From Hormiphora californensis (taxonomy: Eukaryota > Animalia > Ctenophora): a DNA stretch of 64,000 bases. Below are positions 61,392 to 64,000 of the stretch, in pieces. Location of the stretch: positions 558,001 to 622,000 of the forward strand of contig CM035362.1 of NCBI GenBank assembly GCA_020137815.1, in the 5' to 3' direction. Below the pieces are notes generated by a model, which did no database searches, was not told the DNA's origin, and saw only the letters and a list, made by a program, of their open reading frames with translations. The position numbers were made by a program, and so were the translations under genes. Each line of letters begins with the position of its first letter. Position 1 is the first letter of the stretch.

Positions 61392-64000
61392 ATGCTAGTG
61401 TTGATATTTCTACTGCTCTACTGCGTGGCCCCCGCAAGTTCAGTATCATCTGGTGACGATATTGCAGCAGCATATGCTACTTTGGAGCAACATTTGACTA
61501 GATGCGAACTGGTAGAAATCAATGGGTATCTACACGAGAAGTGTAGACGCTGGGGCTGGATGTACATCAAATGCCCCCGATCAAACGAGTTGTTTCGGTT
61601 TTTTACTGGAAATTTCAAACGCTGTCAAGGTATAGTGTTCTCCTCACTATGCCCTTTTGATCCGGGGTTCTACCAGGCATGTGGAATTGAAGAGTGCTCT
61701 GGTTACAAGGAGCTAGGTGGAACACCGCTTCTTTGTGGAACATACATTTGTGAGACGAAGGAAAATCAATCTGTCTTGGTAGGAATTTTACATGAATACT
61801 ATAGTCGGTGTCAGACTGGGAAATGCAGTAATACCGAACTAAACATGATTGACTGTGGGGGAGACCTGAATTTTAATTGTAACAACAAATGTGACGACGA
61901 AACCTGTTCTGACGAATCATATTGCAACGGTGTGCAGTATGGGGTTAGGTGCAAAGTAGGGGGTGTTGATGAGTGGATTGTTCCTTATGATATGTGCCCT
62001 TCTGGTATAGGTAGTTGTGACAATCATGAAGATACAAAAGGATGCTTTGATTTCAAAGAGTTGGATCATACTACATGTCGTGGAGGTGAATACAATATTC
62101 CTATAAAAATCCAACAAAGTATGAGGTGTGCCAATCCATTGATGTCTTATTGTTATTACAGTAACAATTACTATGGACAGGACCAAACCAACTGCAGTGA
62201 TCCAGAACGGGTTGTAATGCAGTGCCTCTCCCAGGGTTACCCTACCACGATCTCCCTCTGGGGTTATTGCAATGACTACCAACTTTGTGATGACGGGTAC
62301 AATAACGCTTGTGTTGAACCTGAACCAGATTGTAAACTTCATAAGGGGCAGCTGTGTGATGGGCGCCGTGACTGTAGTAATGGAAAGGATGAAACTTGTA
62401 AAGATCTCAGTACCACAGTATCATGTATCAGAAGATTTCATTCTTCACACGAGGACAAAAACATATCCCTTTCTATTCCATTGGGTTGGGTCATGGATGG
62501 TGAAGTGGACTGTCTGGACGGAGCGGATGAAGATGAAACGCAGTGGTTGAAATGCGGAAAAGATTACTACACCAGATACCAAGAAAAGGGAAGTAAATGT
62601 CAGGATGTTCTTCTCTGTCCAGCGGAAAGAAACTTCATTGACTTGGACAAACTTTGCGATCGAATTAACACGTGCTCCTTTGAGACTAAATTGTGTGATG
62701 CTGCTCAGCAATCTGGTATCGATGTTAGGGAACTAGTGAACCCCTACGTTACCAACTCTGGAATACGATTCACTCGGCACTGTTTTCCTAAAGGAGCTTC
62801 AGACTTGGAAAAGCAATTGGGACAATGTCACACAGTGGAACACAGGGCTGGAGTAGTCAAGACTGTGCTAGACGTTCAACAACCCATCCTAGTATCGCTT
62901 CCTGAGACGAAAACCAGCTGTTCTCACTTATTTGGAGAGCAATACGTCTATGCAGCATGTAATGACATTTGCCCGAATACGAAATGCCCCCTAAAACCGG
63001 TTTCTGGAGACACCTGTGTAAATATGCAGTCTTTGAGAGTTCGAGCTCTTGCAGACACCATTGATCCAAGCCTAACCACACTGGTAAAAACTGCCAAAGA
63101 TCCTGGTTTTTATGATAATAAGATATTCCCGTGTGACAATAAGAATTGCGTTCTCTACGACAATGTCTGTGATCTGAAGGACGACTGTGGAGATGGATCT
63201 GACGAAAACAACTGTGAGAATCATTTCCAGTGCAACAACTCGGACTTTATTGTCCTCTCTCGAGTGTGTGATGGCGTGGTCCACTGCAAAGATTTTTCTG
63301 ACGAGTGCCTGGAAAAGTGTCCCTCCACAAATAAGAACATTTTTGGCAATAATGTTTTGAGGTCAATAAGCATAATCATGGGTCTGATGTCAACATCTTG
63401 CAACACTGTTTCCCTCGTGAAATCGATCTGGGAGTTACCTCGCCAAACGTCCTACGAAATGTTCCTCAATAAAGCGGCTATCCTCATGATCTGCTTAGGC
63501 GACTTGATGCTCGGTATCTACCTTTTACTGATCTCCTACTTCGATTTGATCTACAACGCTGGTGGCAACTACTGTCAGGAAAGGTACCAATGGTTAAGTT
63601 CCAGCGAGTGTTCCTTCCTTGGAGTCCTGAGCACCACTGGTTCCCAATTGTCACTCTTTGCGATGACTATGCTTAGTTTGACAAGAGTAGCTAACATCGG
63701 AAACCTAATCCAAAGGGAATGCTGCAGCTACAAGTCCGTCACCAAGCTTGGACTGCTGCTTGTCACTCCAATTCTGGCAAGTATCTCCATTGCAGTCATC
63801 CCGGTGTTATCTTTAACCGAGGACTACTTTGTAAATGGTTTGTACTATCACGAGTCACCACTGTTCTTCAGTCCCGTCACCAAGACTAACCACTACAACG
63901 CATTTAAAGAGTACTTTGGTGGTCGCTCCACTTCTTGGGAAAAAGCTTCGTTCTCCTGGGAAAAAATCCGGTCGACTGTGAAAGAAATGTTCACATCTGA
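61392..64000 (+). CDS. Intronless LDLa-repeat class A GPCR (GRL101/LGR-like 7TM), 3'-incomplete
   Basis: Open frame from ATG 61392 to the window end (869 codons; absent from the ORF track, presumably because there is no stop). Signal peptide MLVLIFLLLYCVAPASS; LDLa motifs QLCDGRRDCSNGKDE, WVMDGEVDCLDGADE, VCDLKDDCGDGSDE, VCDGVVHCKDFSDE; TM2 ICLGDLMLGIYLL; WLSSSECSFLGVLSTTGSQLSLFAMTMLSLTR. Confidence 0.9.
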   Translation, partial: MLVLIFLLLYCVAPASSVSSGDDIAAAYATLEQHLTRCELVEINGYLHEKCRRWGWMYIKCPRSNELFRFFTGNFKRCQGIVFSSLCPFDPGFYQACGIEECSGYKELGGTPLLCGTYICETKENQSVLVGILHEYYSRCQTGKCSNTELNMIDCGGDLNFNCNNKCDDETCSDESYCNGVQYGVRCKVGGVDEWIVPYDMCPSGIGSCDNHEDTKGCFDFKELDHTTCRGGEYNIPIKIQQSMRCANPLMSYCYYSNNYYGQDQTNCSDPERVVMQCLSQGYPTTISLWGYCNDYQLCDDGYNNACVEPEPDCKLHKGQLCDGRRDCSNGKDETCKDLSTTVSCIRRFHSSHEDKNISLSIPLGWVMDGEVDCLDGADEDETQWLKCGKDYYTRYQEKGSKCQDVLLCPAERNFIDLDKLCDRINTCSFETKLCDAAQQSGIDVRELVNPYVTNSGIRFTRHCFPKGASDLEKQLGQCHTVEHRAGVVKTVLDVQQPILVSLPETKTSCSHLFGEQYVYAACNDICPNTKCPLKPVSGDTCVNMQSLRVRALADTIDPSLTTLVKTAKDPGFYDNKIFPCDNKNCVLYDNVCDLKDDCGDGSDENNCENHFQCNNSDFIVLSRVCDGVVHCKDFSDECLEKCPSTNKNIFGNNVLRSISIIMGLMSTSCNTVSLVKSIWELPRQTSYEMFLNKAAILMICLGDLMLGIYLLLISYFDLIYNAGGNYCQERYQWLSSSECSFLGVLSTTGSQLSLFAMTMLSLTRVANIGNLIQRECCSYKSVTKLGLLLVTPILASISIAVIPVLSLTEDYFVNGLYYHESPLFFSPVTKTNHYNAFKEYFGGRSTSWEKASFSWEKIRSTVKEMFTS

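Overview
This is an intron-rich, repeat-rich animal genomic window. It is most likely a cydippid ctenophore such as Pleurobrachia, inferred from a recognised ~115-bp dispersed repeat, short GT-AG introns and an intronless LDLa-7TM receptor; this was not verified. Five genes can be read by hand. (1) A giant + strand helical/coiled-coil gene of about 55 exons enters from the left edge and ends at 27771; it is built from about five degenerate internal repeats. (2) A secreted pentraxin-domain gene lies antisense inside one of its introns (9108-10231). (3) A WIP/verprolin gene (34872-43389) has a recognisable WASP-binding domain, an in-frame 1569-nt exon segment carrying five extra WH2 motifs, and an alternative early terminal exon. 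(4) A BTB-BACK-Kelch gene lies on the - strand (44932-50437). (5) An intronless LDLa-repeat GPCR runs off the right edge from 61392. Non-coding DNA holds many palindromic MITEs, two LINE 3' fragments, a tRNA-derived head and compound satellites. The most novel signals are the switchable multi-WH2 WIP architecture, a head-to-tail dimer of a 678-bp cloverleaf element with a DIRS-like internal complementary region, and three hammerhead-ribozyme motifs from two families. Parts of 45.8-47.3 kb and 51.3-52.5 kb look like low-quality assembly. All exon calls are manual and lack transcript support.
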